Shown here piece by piece: positions 38,771 to 46,981 of a stretch of 64,000 bases of DNA. Position 1 is the stretch's first letter; each line of letters starts with the position of its first letter. The notes under the pieces were generated by a model. That model ran no database searches and was not told the DNA's origin. It saw only the letters and a program-made list of their open reading frames with translations. Location: assembly GCF_031430775.1 (NCBI RefSeq), contig NZ_JANPCD010000170.1, positions 6,003 to 70,002 of the forward strand, in the 5' to 3' direction. The stretch comes from Sandarakinorhabdus sp. Its GTDB lineage: Bacteria > Pseudomonadota > Alphaproteobacteria > Sphingomonadales > Sphingomonadaceae. A program made the position numbers and the translations under genes.

Positions 38771-38979
38771 CGGGCTACGCCGATGTGCTGCGCCCGGCGC
38801 CCGGCGCGGATCGATTCCAGTGCAGCGCGGTTGTCGACGCGCTGCTGCGCCTGATCGATGCGGTGGCGCCGGATGAGCATGATGCGCGTCGTGGCGCAGA
38901 ACAGCGGCCAGCCAATGACCAGACCGGCCAGTGTGCCGGTGAAGATGCCGGCCCCGAAGATATCCCAAAATGCCATCAT
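38767..38979 (-). CDS. small phage membrane protein (first gene of the leftward operon)
   Basis: 70 aa; N-terminal TM helix FWDIFGAGIFTGTLAGLVIGWPLF. Confidence 0.45.
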   Translation of the reverse strand: MMAFWDIFGAGIFTGTLAGLVIGWPLFCATTRIMLIRRHRIDQAQQRVDNRAALESIRAGRRAQHIGVAR

Positions 38980-39004
38980 GGCCTCCCGTTGTGGAAGCGC
39001 AAAA

Positions 39005-39052
39005 ATTGCAGATTGTGATTATTGGTGCAAGCGAATTTATTGCAGATTGTGA
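39005..39052 (-). promoter_or_regulatory. two perfect 14-bp direct repeats ATTGCAGATTGTGA (putative leftward operator/promoter region)
   Basis: Copies at 39005-39018 and 39039-39052 (34-bp period), in the low-GC gap between the repressor stop and the first leftward gene. Confidence 0.5.
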
Positions 39053-39061
39053 AGTCGGGTA

Positions 39062-39391
39062 TTATGCCGCCGGCTTGTGCCTGAAATTCAGCACGGTTTC
39101 GGCGAGGGCTATGATCTGGCGCTGCTCACCCTTGTCGGCGTTGTTCCAAATTTCCAGGATGCTTGCGTCAAGATCATATGGGTTGTGATCCAACAGCAGC
39201 CCCGGCGTTGTTTCCAAACAGGGAGCCAGTCTTCTCAGCCATTTAGCCGAGAGTTGCCGTTCGCCATTTTCGAGCATCGATACGACTGAAGCGGTCGTCC
39301 CGGCAGCGTGCGCCAGATCTTCCTGGGTCAGCTTTCGAAAATCGCGCCAATCGCGAAGATGGTTTGGGCCGCCATTTTTGCTGTTGTCCAT
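39062..39391 (-). CDS. XRE-family (cI-like) phage repressor without a peptidase domain
   Basis: 109 aa from MDNSKNGG; HTH LTQEDLAHAAGTTASVVSMLENGERQLS; divergent from the cro-like gene. Confidence 0.8.
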   Translation of the reverse strand: MDNSKNGGPNHLRDWRDFRKLTQEDLAHAAGTTASVVSMLENGERQLSAKWLRRLAPCLETTPGLLLDHNPYDLDASILEIWNNADKGEQRQIIALAETVLNFRHKPAA

Positions 39392-39485
39392 GGTCACAGC
39401 TTGCCACGAACCCGCGTTTTGCGCCTTTGCGCGACTGTGAAAAAACACGCTTGACGCAATTGTCACAATCTGTGAAGTCTGGGGC
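39392..39485. promoter_or_regulatory. divergent repressor/cro switch region
   Basis: 94-bp gap containing TTGACG (39451-39456), the palindrome ATTGTCACAAT, and TCACAATCTG (39463-39472), which is the inverted 10-nt core of the 39005/39039 repeats. Confidence 0.5.
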
Positions 39486-39725
39486 ATGCAAGAAGCCTCA
39501 ACCATAAAGCCGCCCAAGGTAATCGAGATTGCTGCTCGGCTTGGTATTTCGCAGCCTTATGCGTCGATGCTGGTCAACGGGCGGCGTCCATGGCCGGTGC
39601 CGCTTGCGGCGCGGGCATGGCAGCGCCTCGGCCTCAAGTACGGGCCGCTGGTCGATCTTGACGACGCCGCGTGCGCCGCGCTGGCACGCGCACACGGCGC
39701 ACCTGCCTCTGCTGTTCAAAACTAG
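39486..39725 (+). CDS. Cro-like HTH regulator
   Basis: 79 aa; VIEIAARLGISQPYASMLVNGRR HTH; divergent from the repressor. Confidence 0.65.
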   Translation: MQEASTIKPPKVIEIAARLGISQPYASMLVNGRRPWPVPLAARAWQRLGLKYGPLVDLDDAACAALARAHGAPASAVQN

Positions 39726-39737
39726 GAGATGCGTCGC

Positions 39738-40100
39738 ATGTTCCACTATCTGAACCCCATCCAGATACCCTGGGGGCCGACGCCGAAGGTAACGGCCGGC
39801 GCCACATGGTCAAAGGTCATCGCGTGGACGACGACGCCAGCCGTCATCGACGAGCATGGTGTCGAGCGCCGCGGCGAGATCTTCCGCGTTTTGTCGGGTA
39901 AGGAGGATTTGATAGCAGCGTTCGTCCGCCGTGGTAACCATGAGCGCGCCGAGGCCCTGAGGATGTCCGCCGGGGAGGCCGATTTCAGTCTTGACGGGCT
40001 GGATGACGATGTTGCGCATGGCGATGGTTCCTGTGGGCGAAATGTGCCCGGCGTGCAGCCTAATCCGGCCAGCGGCGACGGCCAAGGCCGGCCCGCATGA
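39738..40100 (+). CDS. hypothetical phage protein
   Basis: AGGAG lies 9 nt upstream of ATG 39738. High GC3. The stop overlaps the next start (ATGA). A competing antisense ORF was rejected. Confidence 0.45.
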   Translation: MFHYLNPIQIPWGPTPKVTAGATWSKVIAWTTTPAVIDEHGVERRGEIFRVLSGKEDLIAAFVRRGNHERAEALRMSAGEADFSLDGLDDDVAHGDGSCGRNVPGVQPNPASGDGQGRPA

Positions 40101-40384
40101 TCCAGCATCTGACGACTTTCAGCCTGGCGCCCTATGCCATCCGGCGCCCGGTGCCGGTGCCCAGCGTGCAGACCATCGTGGCTGCCGGCGCCGATGACGC
40201 GCCGATGGCGGCTGCCGATGGCGGCGTGTTGCGGGGCGGGGTGGGCGTGGATCATGCCGCACCATCGCGCCGCGCGGCCACCCTGTCATGCGGAAAGGCG
40301 GGCGGCGTTTCCGCCTGTGTGGTGCCGTCAGTTGTCAAGGGTTCCTTGACAACTGGTGCGCCGGCCGCAGGCGGTGCCCTGTGA
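40097..40384 (+). CDS. hypothetical phage protein
   Basis: 95 aa; high GC3; coupled at both ends. Confidence 0.4.
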   Translation: MIQHLTTFSLAPYAIRRPVPVPSVQTIVAAGADDAPMAAADGGVLRGGVGVDHAAPSRRAATLSCGKAGGVSACVVPSVVKGSLTTGAPAAGGAL

Positions 40385-40581
40385 TGGCCGACATCGTGCT
40401 GGGCGTCGGGCTGGTGGTGGCCTTGGTGCTTGATGGCAGTGTGTGCGCCATCGCCATCTGGTTGATGCACGACAGCTGGAACATCGGTGATTGGGCCGGC
40501 GTGCGGCGCAACGCGGCGGTGCTGCTGTGCCTGATTGCCGTCACCGGATGGACCGTGCCGCAAATTCTGGGGGTGATGTGA
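40384..40581 (+). CDS. small two-TM phage membrane protein
   Basis: 65 aa from MADIVLGVGLVVALVLDG; TGATG coupling. Confidence 0.5.
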   Translation: MADIVLGVGLVVALVLDGSVCAIAIWLMHDSWNIGDWAGVRRNAAVLLCLIAVTGWTVPQILGVM

Positions 40582-41030
40582 TGACCCCGCGTGACCAGGC
40601 CATGAAGCGCGCCACCCGCGCCCTGATCGAGGCAGTGGGCGGTATCGAGGCCGCCGCCGTGCTGTGCCGGGTCGGCAAGACCAAGCTGGCGGAATATGCC
40701 AGCGTCAACCACCCCGAGGCATGGATGCCCGCCGATGTGGTGCGCGACCTGATGGCGGTGACGCGGGGCTGTGCCGGGCGTCATGCCCTGCTGGCGATGC
40801 TGGCGGCAGACGCCGGCGCCGCGCTGGTGATGCTGCCCGACCATGCGCTGGCGCCCACCGACCTGATCGAGGTCATCCCGGCGTTGGCCAAGGAAAGCGC
40901 CGATGTGGTCAGCCGGCTTGTCGATGCTGCTGCCGGGCGCGGCAATGCGCGCGCATTGATCAAGGACATTGATGAGGCCGTCGCCGTGCTGGTGACGCTG
41001 CGCGCCGCTGTTGTGGAGGGTGAGGGATAA
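40581..41030 (+). CDS. hypothetical phage regulatory-like protein (CII-like by position and HTH-like N-terminus; tentative)
   Basis: 149 aa from MTPRDQAMKRATRALIEAVGGIEAAAVLCRVGKTKLAEYAS. Confidence 0.5.
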   Translation: MTPRDQAMKRATRALIEAVGGIEAAAVLCRVGKTKLAEYASVNHPEAWMPADVVRDLMAVTRGCAGRHALLAMLAADAGAALVMLPDHALAPTDLIEVIPALAKESADVVSRLVDAAAGRGNARALIKDIDEAVAVLVTLRAAVVEGEG

Positions 41031-41491
41031 TGAAAAGCGGGGGAATGATCATGGGCGGGCGCGGGGGTTTTTCGGGGCCGTGCGGTGACGTCGTGCCGGC
41101 CGCCGACACGCTGTCGGATGATGCGTTGATCGGCCGGCTGAATGCCTGGGTGGTCAAGGCGCAGCCGGGCGCGGTGATGGACCTGATCACGGTGCCGATG
41201 ACGCATCTGGTGGGGGCCGATCTGGGCCGGCGGGTGCAGGTGCTGGATGGTGCCGCGTTGATCATTGCGATGTGGCGGCGCGGGCGCCGGGACGGGGACT
41301 GGACTTGGCGCGTGACGCGCCTGCGCCGTCCGGTGCCGGGCAGCTGGCCCAAGGTCATTGCCTCGCCGCAACTGTCGGCGGGCGGGCGGAACGTGGATAC
41401 AGAGGCGATGATCGAGGCCGAACGGCGTGCCCAGCATGCCGGCCGTGAACGCAGGCGCCGCGACGCAGCGCGCGCCATGGTGACGGCATAA
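41030..41491 (+). CDS. hypothetical phage protein
   Basis: 153 aa; TAATG coupling at both ends. Confidence 0.5.
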   Translation: MKSGGMIMGGRGGFSGPCGDVVPAADTLSDDALIGRLNAWVVKAQPGAVMDLITVPMTHLVGADLGRRVQVLDGAALIIAMWRRGRRDGDWTWRVTRLRRPVPGSWPKVIASPQLSAGGRNVDTEAMIEAERRAQHAGRERRRRDAARAMVTA

Positions 41492-41775
41492 TGCGCGTGT
41501 CCTGGACAGATGCGGGATGGGTGGGCGCGCTGGCCGACAGGCTGGAAATGCTGTCGGCCGCGCCCAGTGCCGCGCGCCTTGCCGATCTGAAGGCGCATCT
41601 GGCGGAGCAGCCCGACAGCTATCTGGGCGATGATGCCTATCGGTTGATCGAGGCGGCGCAGACGTGGCTGGCCGATGCCGACCGGGCGGTGCCGCGTTTT
41701 CGGGGCGCGCAATTGATTGCCCGGGCGCGGGCCGGTGCCGTGCCGGCCGTGCCGGCGCCGTGGGCGGGCATGTGA
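41491..41775 (+). CDS. hypothetical phage protein
   Basis: 94 aa. Confidence 0.45.
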   Translation: MRVSWTDAGWVGALADRLEMLSAAPSAARLADLKAHLAEQPDSYLGDDAYRLIEAAQTWLADADRAVPRFRGAQLIARARAGAVPAVPAPWAGM

Positions 41776-41817
41776 ACCTAGCGGGCATGAACTGACATTT
41801 AGGGACGGGGAGTGGTT

Positions 41818-42822
41818 ATGAGCGGGGATTTTCTTTCCAAGACGGAATCACGCGTCTGCCTGGCGCGCGGTATCGATGACCGGGTGGCGGTGGTCCGTGA
41901 CCTGAACGCGCTGGTCGACCGCAACGGTCTGGCGGGCGCCGAGGCGGTGCTGGGCTTTGCCGGCGCCACCATCGGGCCAATCGTGGAGCGGCGCATCGGC
42001 ATCACCGAGCGCATTCTGGAAGCGCTGTACGGCCCGCGGGGCCGCAAGCTGCGCGCCGATCTGGGGGCGGCGAGCGACCCGATGAGCCGGATCATGGCGG
42101 CGGTGCGTCCGGTTGAGGCCCTGGCGGTAGTGCCTATGGTGCCTGTGGCTGCTGCGCCGTCTGTGCCCGATTCATGGGCGGCGGCCGGCACCAGCGCGGC
42201 CGAAATCGCGGCTATTCTGGCGGACGCGCGCAACCTGGGCATGACCTGGGCGCAGATCGCTGCGGCGTGCGGCGCGCATGACAAGACGCTGGGCAATCTG
42301 TTCGTCGGGCGGTTTAGGCCGGGCGTGGATCTGCTGCACAAGGTGCTGACCCTGCGCCCCGTGATTGCGCAGCACCGGGCCGTGCAGGCGCAGCGCAGTG
42401 ATGAGATTGAAGCGCCGCCGATAGAAGTGGCGGCGAATGCTGCCGCGCCCGCGCCAGTGGCAGAACAACAGGTTTCCGATGCGGTAACGGAAGATGCCGC
42501 ACCGGAACGGGGGGCGGCGGCTTGCCCGGCGGCTGATGCCGATGGGGTGCAGCCTGATGTATTGCCGCCCCCTGACGTGTTGCCGGTCATGTTCACGGCC
42601 CAGAGCGAGGCCAGCGGTGATGTGATCGCCGATGCTGCCGCTGCGCTGGCGGCGCGCATGACGTTTCTGGATGATGTGCAGGCCGAAGCGTGGCAGCGTG
42701 CGAGCCGGCTTCAGGGCGAGCTGGACGCAGCGCGGGCGGCGCTGGATGCTGCCGCCGATGAGCAGGTGCGTGTCGGTGCGGCGCTGAAAGCCTTGAACGG
42801 CCTGACGGCGTTGGCGGCATGA
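41818..42822 (+). CDS. hypothetical phage protein with C-terminal coiled coil
   Basis: ATG 41818 follows GGGGAG; 334 aa; the stop overlaps the methyltransferase start (ATGA). Confidence 0.55.
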   Translation: MSGDFLSKTESRVCLARGIDDRVAVVRDLNALVDRNGLAGAEAVLGFAGATIGPIVERRIGITERILEALYGPRGRKLRADLGAASDPMSRIMAAVRPVEALAVVPMVPVAAAPSVPDSWAAAGTSAAEIAAILADARNLGMTWAQIAAACGAHDKTLGNLFVGRFRPGVDLLHKVLTLRPVIAQHRAVQAQRSDEIEAPPIEVAANAAAPAPVAEQQVSDAVTEDAAPERGAAACPAADADGVQPDVLPPPDVLPVMFTAQSEASGDVIADAAAALAARMTFLDDVQAEAWQRASRLQGELDAARAALDAAADEQVRVGAALKALNGLTALAA

Positions 42823-43397
42823 GCGCGCCGGCTGCGATGATTGCGCGCGACCCGGCCAATACCGATGCGACCGATTTCACGCCGACACCGGAGCCGGTGG
42901 CGCGGGCGATGGTGGCGCTGGAGCCCTGGGGGCCGCGCGTGTGGGAACCGGCGTGCGGCGATGGCGCCTTGAGCGGGCAATTCCTGCGGGCCGGCATCGA
43001 TGTGGTCGAAACCGATTTGGCCCCGCGCGGCGTGGGCAGCCGGCTTGATTTCCTGCACGCGCGGCACCTGCTGGCGCCGGAGATCTGCACCAACCCGCCG
43101 TACCGCGACGGCCTGACCGATGCGTTCGCGGCCAAGGCGCTGGAACTGGGGGCGCGGCGGGTGATGCTGTTGATGCCGCTGGGCTGGATGCAGGCGGTGC
43201 AGGCGCCGCGCCCGCAGTTGCTGCGGCGTGGTTTGGCGCGGGTGTGGGTATCGAGCCGGCGCATCGCGTTCAAGCGCGGCGGGTGGGACGAAGGCCAGGG
43301 CGGCGGATCGATGCACAAGCATGCGCTGTATGTCTGGGAGGCCGGATACGCCGGCGACCCGGTGTTGAAATTCTTTGATTGGCGGGAGTGGGAATGA
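42819..43397 (+). CDS. small SAM-dependent N6-adenine-type DNA methyltransferase (orphan)
   Basis: Motif I WEPACGDG and motif IV CTNPPY in a 192-aa protein. Confidence 0.7.
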   Translation: MSAPAAMIARDPANTDATDFTPTPEPVARAMVALEPWGPRVWEPACGDGALSGQFLRAGIDVVETDLAPRGVGSRLDFLHARHLLAPEICTNPPYRDGLTDAFAAKALELGARRVMLLMPLGWMQAVQAPRPQLLRRGLARVWVSSRRIAFKRGGWDEGQGGGSMHKHALYVWEAGYAGDPVLKFFDWREWE

Positions 43398-45355
43398 TGG
43401 CGGGACGTTCACGAAAATTGCCTGTTGCGGTGGCTGATGTGGTCGATGCTGCGGTGACGGTGCCGGTGGAAACGGGCGATGTGCGGCTGCTGCCGCTGTC
43501 GGCGCTGCGGTTGGCGTCGGGCAATGTGCGCCGGGGCAAGCGGGCCGATCTGCTGCCGTTGGCGGAATCCATCGCCGCGCTGGGCGTGCTGCAAAATCTG
43601 GGGGTGGTTGTGCATGCCGGCGGTGACGCCGAGGTGCATTACGGCAGCCGGCGCCTGGCGGCGTTGCAGCAGCTGGCCAAGGCGGGGCGGATCGCCGGTG
43701 ATTATTCGGTGCCGTGCCGCGTTTTGCGCGAAGCGCCGGCGCGCGAATCGGCGCTGGCGGAGAATTTCCAGCGGGTGGCGATGGGCGCGGCCGATGAGGT
43801 CAGGGCGTTTGCCGCGCTGGTGGCCGGCGGGGCGACGATCGAGGTTGTGGCGGCGCGGTTCGGCCAGACGGTGCGGTTCGTGCGGCAGCGGCTGCGCCTG
43901 GCCGGGCTGCATGCCGATGTGCTGGCGGCGCTGGAGGCCGGCACGATCACGCTGGATGTGGCGCAGGCCTTTGCATCGGTCGATGACCCGGCGCGGCAGG
44001 CCGCCGTGTTGAAGAACGCGGGCGGGTATGTCCTGATGCGCGCAGCGCTGGTTTCCGAGCAGATGCGGCATTCCAGCTGCACGGCAACCGACATTGCGGC
44101 GGTGTATGCCGGGCGCGAAGCCTATGTGGCGCGCGGCGGGCGGATATCGGCGGACCTGTTCAGCGAGGCCGAGGATGAATTGTGGCTGGACGGCGATATG
44201 GTCGACGCCATCGTGCAGGAGAAACTGCGCGCCGAGGCGCCGGAATGGCAGGCCCGGCATGGGTTTGGCCGGGTGCTGGTGGCCGGCGATGAGGAGCCCG
44301 AGGATCTGGCCAGCATCATCGGCGAATGGGTGCAGCCCGGCGCCGCGATGCAGATGCCGACGGAGCAGCGCGCCGGCCTGATCGTGACGATCGGATTGCG
44401 CCGCGCGGGCGTGGAGGTGACCGGCGCGAACCGCATGGTCGATGCGGTGCCGGTATCGGATGCTTTTTCGCCGGCGCGGGCCGATGAGGGCGAACCGGAT
44501 GATGCCGAACTGGCGCAGCCGGAAGCCGAGGCAGCACCGGCGGCCTTCAGCGGCGAGATTACCCAGTCGGCCAAGGCCGCGATGGCGATGCGCGGGCGTG
44601 ATCTGCTGGCGTCGCGGCTGTTGCGCGCTGGTGACCCGGCCGCGTTCGATGTGTGTTTTCGCCTGGTGGCGTTTACCATGGCCGATGACATGGTGCGCCG
44701 GTTCGGCAAGAAGTTCCCCGGCGCCGCCCATACCCGGCTGTGTGCGGTGGAATTTGCCACGCAGGTGCAAGACCCGTTGGCGCCCGGCAAGGATGGCCAG
44801 CCCTGGGCCGGTGATGCGCTTGATACGGTGTTGCAGAACCATTTCACCGAACGTGCCGACGATGGTCTGAATTGGGCATGGGCGATGTCTGCCGATGCCG
44901 ATGACAGGTTTGCGGCGTTCTGTGCGCTGGATGCCGATGTGGCGTGCCAATGGTTCATGCGGGCGACGGCGGCGAGCCTGCGGGCGTTGCAGGGTGCCAC
45001 GCTGCGCAACCAGGCGGCGCTGGTGGCCGGGCAATTGGACGGTGAGACGGGGGTGCCGTTGTGGCGGCCGACTGCGGAGAATTATTTCCTGCGATCGAGC
45101 GGCAAGAACGCGTGTTTGGAGATGATCGCCGAATGTTTCGGTGAGGGCGCCGATGTGTCGGGCTGGGCCAAGTGGAAGAAAGCCGATCTGGCGGCGGCGT
45201 GCGAGGCGCTGGCGCGCGGCGATGCCGCCAAGCTGGGCGCGGACATTACCGCCTATGGTAAGTGGAAAGGGCCAGACACTGCCATCGAACCTGTTGTCGC
45301 CGCCGCGGGCGCGGTGTGGATGCCCGCCATCATGCGCATCGGCGGTGATGCGTGA
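43394..45355 (+). CDS. ParB/Srx-fold N-terminal domain protein (653 aa)
   Basis: LPLSALRLASGNVRR, VHYGSRRLAAL and ALAENFQR motifs of the ParB N-terminal domain; long uncharacterised C-terminal region. Confidence 0.8.
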   Translation: MMAGRSRKLPVAVADVVDAAVTVPVETGDVRLLPLSALRLASGNVRRGKRADLLPLAESIAALGVLQNLGVVVHAGGDAEVHYGSRRLAALQQLAKAGRIAGDYSVPCRVLREAPARESALAENFQRVAMGAADEVRAFAALVAGGATIEVVAARFGQTVRFVRQRLRLAGLHADVLAALEAGTITLDVAQAFASVDDPARQAAVLKNAGGYVLMRAALVSEQMRHSSCTATDIAAVYAGREAYVARGGRISADLFSEAEDELWLDGDMVDAIVQEKLRAEAPEWQARHGFGRVLVAGDEEPEDLASIIGEWVQPGAAMQMPTEQRAGLIVTIGLRRAGVEVTGANRMVDAVPVSDAFSPARADEGEPDDAELAQPEAEAAPAAFSGEITQSAKAAMAMRGRDLLASRLLRAGDPAAFDVCFRLVAFTMADDMVRRFGKKFPGAAHTRLCAVEFATQVQDPLAPGKDGQPWAGDALDTVLQNHFTERADDGLNWAWAMSADADDRFAAFCALDADVACQWFMRATAASLRALQGATLRNQAALVAGQLDGETGVPLWRPTAENYFLRSSGKNACLEMIAECFGEGADVSGWAKWKKADLAAACEALARGDAAKLGADITAYGKWKGPDTAIEPVVAAAGAVWMPAIMRIGGDA

Positions 45356-45681
45356 TGCGCAGCGTGACGGATACGGATTTTGAAAGCGCGATTGCGCGGC
45401 CTGGCCCGGTGCTGGTGGTGTTCGAGGCGGTGTGGTGCCGGCCCTGCGTGCGGATGCGCGACGAAGTGGCCGAGGCCGCCGGGCGGCTGGCATGGCCGGT
45501 GCTGACCGCCGAGCTTGACGCCGCGCAGAATGCCGCGCTGGCGTCCAAGGTGCGGGCGGTGCCGTCGGCGGCGCTGTACCGCGACGGCGTGCTGTTGGCG
45601 ACCAAGCCCGGCGCCTGGCCGGCCTCGGCGTTGCTGGGCTGGATTCAGGGCGCGCTGGCTGCGCCCGGCAGCGCTGGCTGA
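45355..45681 (+). CDS. phage-encoded thioredoxin (WCRPC active site)
   Basis: 108 aa; VLVVFEAVWCRPCVRM; cis-Pro segment RAVPSAALY; ATG shares its A with the ParB-like stop (TGATG). Confidence 0.85.
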   Translation: MRSVTDTDFESAIARPGPVLVVFEAVWCRPCVRMRDEVAEAAGRLAWPVLTAELDAAQNAALASKVRAVPSAALYRDGVLLATKPGAWPASALLGWIQGALAAPGSAG

Positions 45682-45769
45682 ACCATGGCGGGACGGGGAC
45701 ATGATGACGCCGCAGACGCGGCGAACGACGGGTCGCCTGTGCTGGCTGCCGCGCTGCGGGGGTGTGTTC

Positions 45770-46981
45770 ATGGATGATGATCTGTTTGAGCGTGCGCGCG
45801 CCATGCTGATCCAGGACGTGGTCGCGCAGCGCGGCGGGCGCCTGATCGGCGGCGGTGATCGCCGGCGGTCGCATTGCCCGCTGTGTGGCGGCGGCGAGGC
45901 ATCGAAGTCGACGCCGCTGTCGGTCGATGTGCGGCGCGGCCTGTTCAAATGCTTTTCGTGCGGCGCGGGTGGCGATGCCGTGCGGTTCGAACAGATTGCC
46001 GGCGCGCATGCCACCGCCGCCGATGCCGCGCGCGCGTTGACTGGTGACCGGGAGGGTGAACTGTCCGTAGTGTCCAGATACATGGCGAAGCGCCACCGGG
46101 CTTCGTCTGCGTCTGATGCCCTTGCGATCGTGGACAGTGCGGCGGTAGCGAAGTGGATGCGCAGCGCGGCGGTGGCTGCCGATGACAGCAGCCCGGTGGC
46201 GATGTGGCTGGCGGCGCGCGGGCTGAAGCCGGATGGCGTACCGGGTGCGCTGGCGCGTCTTGGCTGGCTGCGCGCGGCGCCAGTGTCGGCGTGGCGGGTG
46301 CGATTCCCGGCCGATGCGGTGCGGCCGCCCGATAGTGTCGGCGTGTGCCCGGCGATGGTGGCCGGCCTGGTTGATGCAACCGGCGCGGCGGTCGATGCCG
46401 TGCATGTCACCTATCTGGCAGACGGGGGCCGGTCCAAGGCCGATCTGCGCCGCCGCGACGGGTCGGCGATGCCGTCGCGCAAGATGTACGGCAGTGTTCA
46501 CCGCGCCTGTTTTGCCCTGACAGACCTGCACGGCGCCGGGCCGTTGATTGTCGGCGAAGGCATTGAAACGGTGTGGGCCTTGGCGCAGGAACTGGCGCTG
46601 GCTGGGCCGGTGCGGGCGGTGGCCGTGTTGAGCCTGGACAATTTGCAGGGCGGTATCCTGACCGATGACGCGCGTGCGTTTCGCCTGGATGCGCCGCTGG
46701 CCGACCCGGACCGGGCGCCATTCGTGATGGCCATGCCGGGCGCCGTCATCATCGCTGTGGATGCCGATATGAGCCCGGTGAAAATGACGGTGCGGGAGCG
46801 GCGCGGGGGCAAGCCGGTGCAGCGATTGTTGACGGCGATGGACCGCGCGCAGCTGTGCGGCACATTGGCAGCGCAGGCGTGGCGCCGGGCCGGTGCCAGC
46901 GACGTGCGGGTTATGCGCCCGCGCCTTGGCATGGATTTCAATGATGTGGTGGCGCAGCGGCGCATGGGCGCGCCGTCATGA
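45770..46981 (+). CDS. CHC2 zinc-finger + Toprim domain protein (primase-associated)
   Basis: HCPLCGG...FKCFSCGAGGD zinc finger; Toprim IVGEGIETV ... IIAVDAD; ATG 45701 is an alternative start. Confidence 0.8.
   Translation: MDDDLFERARAMLIQDVVAQRGGRLIGGGDRRRSHCPLCGGGEASKSTPLSVDVRRGLFKCFSCGAGGDAVRFEQIAGAHATAADAARALTGDREGELSVVSRYMAKRHRASSASDALAIVDSAAVAKWMRSAAVAADDSSPVAMWLAARGLKPDGVPGALARLGWLRAAPVSAWRVRFPADAVRPPDSVGVCPAMVAGLVDATGAAVDAVHVTYLADGGRSKADLRRRDGSAMPSRKMYGSVHRACFALTDLHGAGPLIVGEGIETVWALAQELALAGPVRAVAVLSLDNLQGGILTDDARAFRLDAPLADPDRAPFVMAMPGAVIIAVDADMSPVKMTVRERRGGKPVQRLLTAMDRAQLCGTLAAQAWRRAGASDVRVMRPRLGMDFNDVVAQRRMGAPS

Noticed and set aside
39810-40085. 91-aa minus-strand ORF (MRNIVIQPVKTEIGLPGG...) that reads like a protein
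   Set aside because: The overlapping plus-strand ORF (39738-40100) has an AGGAG SD, higher third-position GC and ATGA coupling to the next gene, and it fits the rightward operon. The call remains uncertain.
43409-46531. 1040-aa ORF on the minus strand
   Set aside because: It is antisense to four well-supported phage genes (ParB-like, thioredoxin, CHC2-Toprim, primase start). The product is extremely Arg/Pro/Ala/Gly/His-rich with no motifs. This is a typical stop-poor antisense frame of high-GC DNA.
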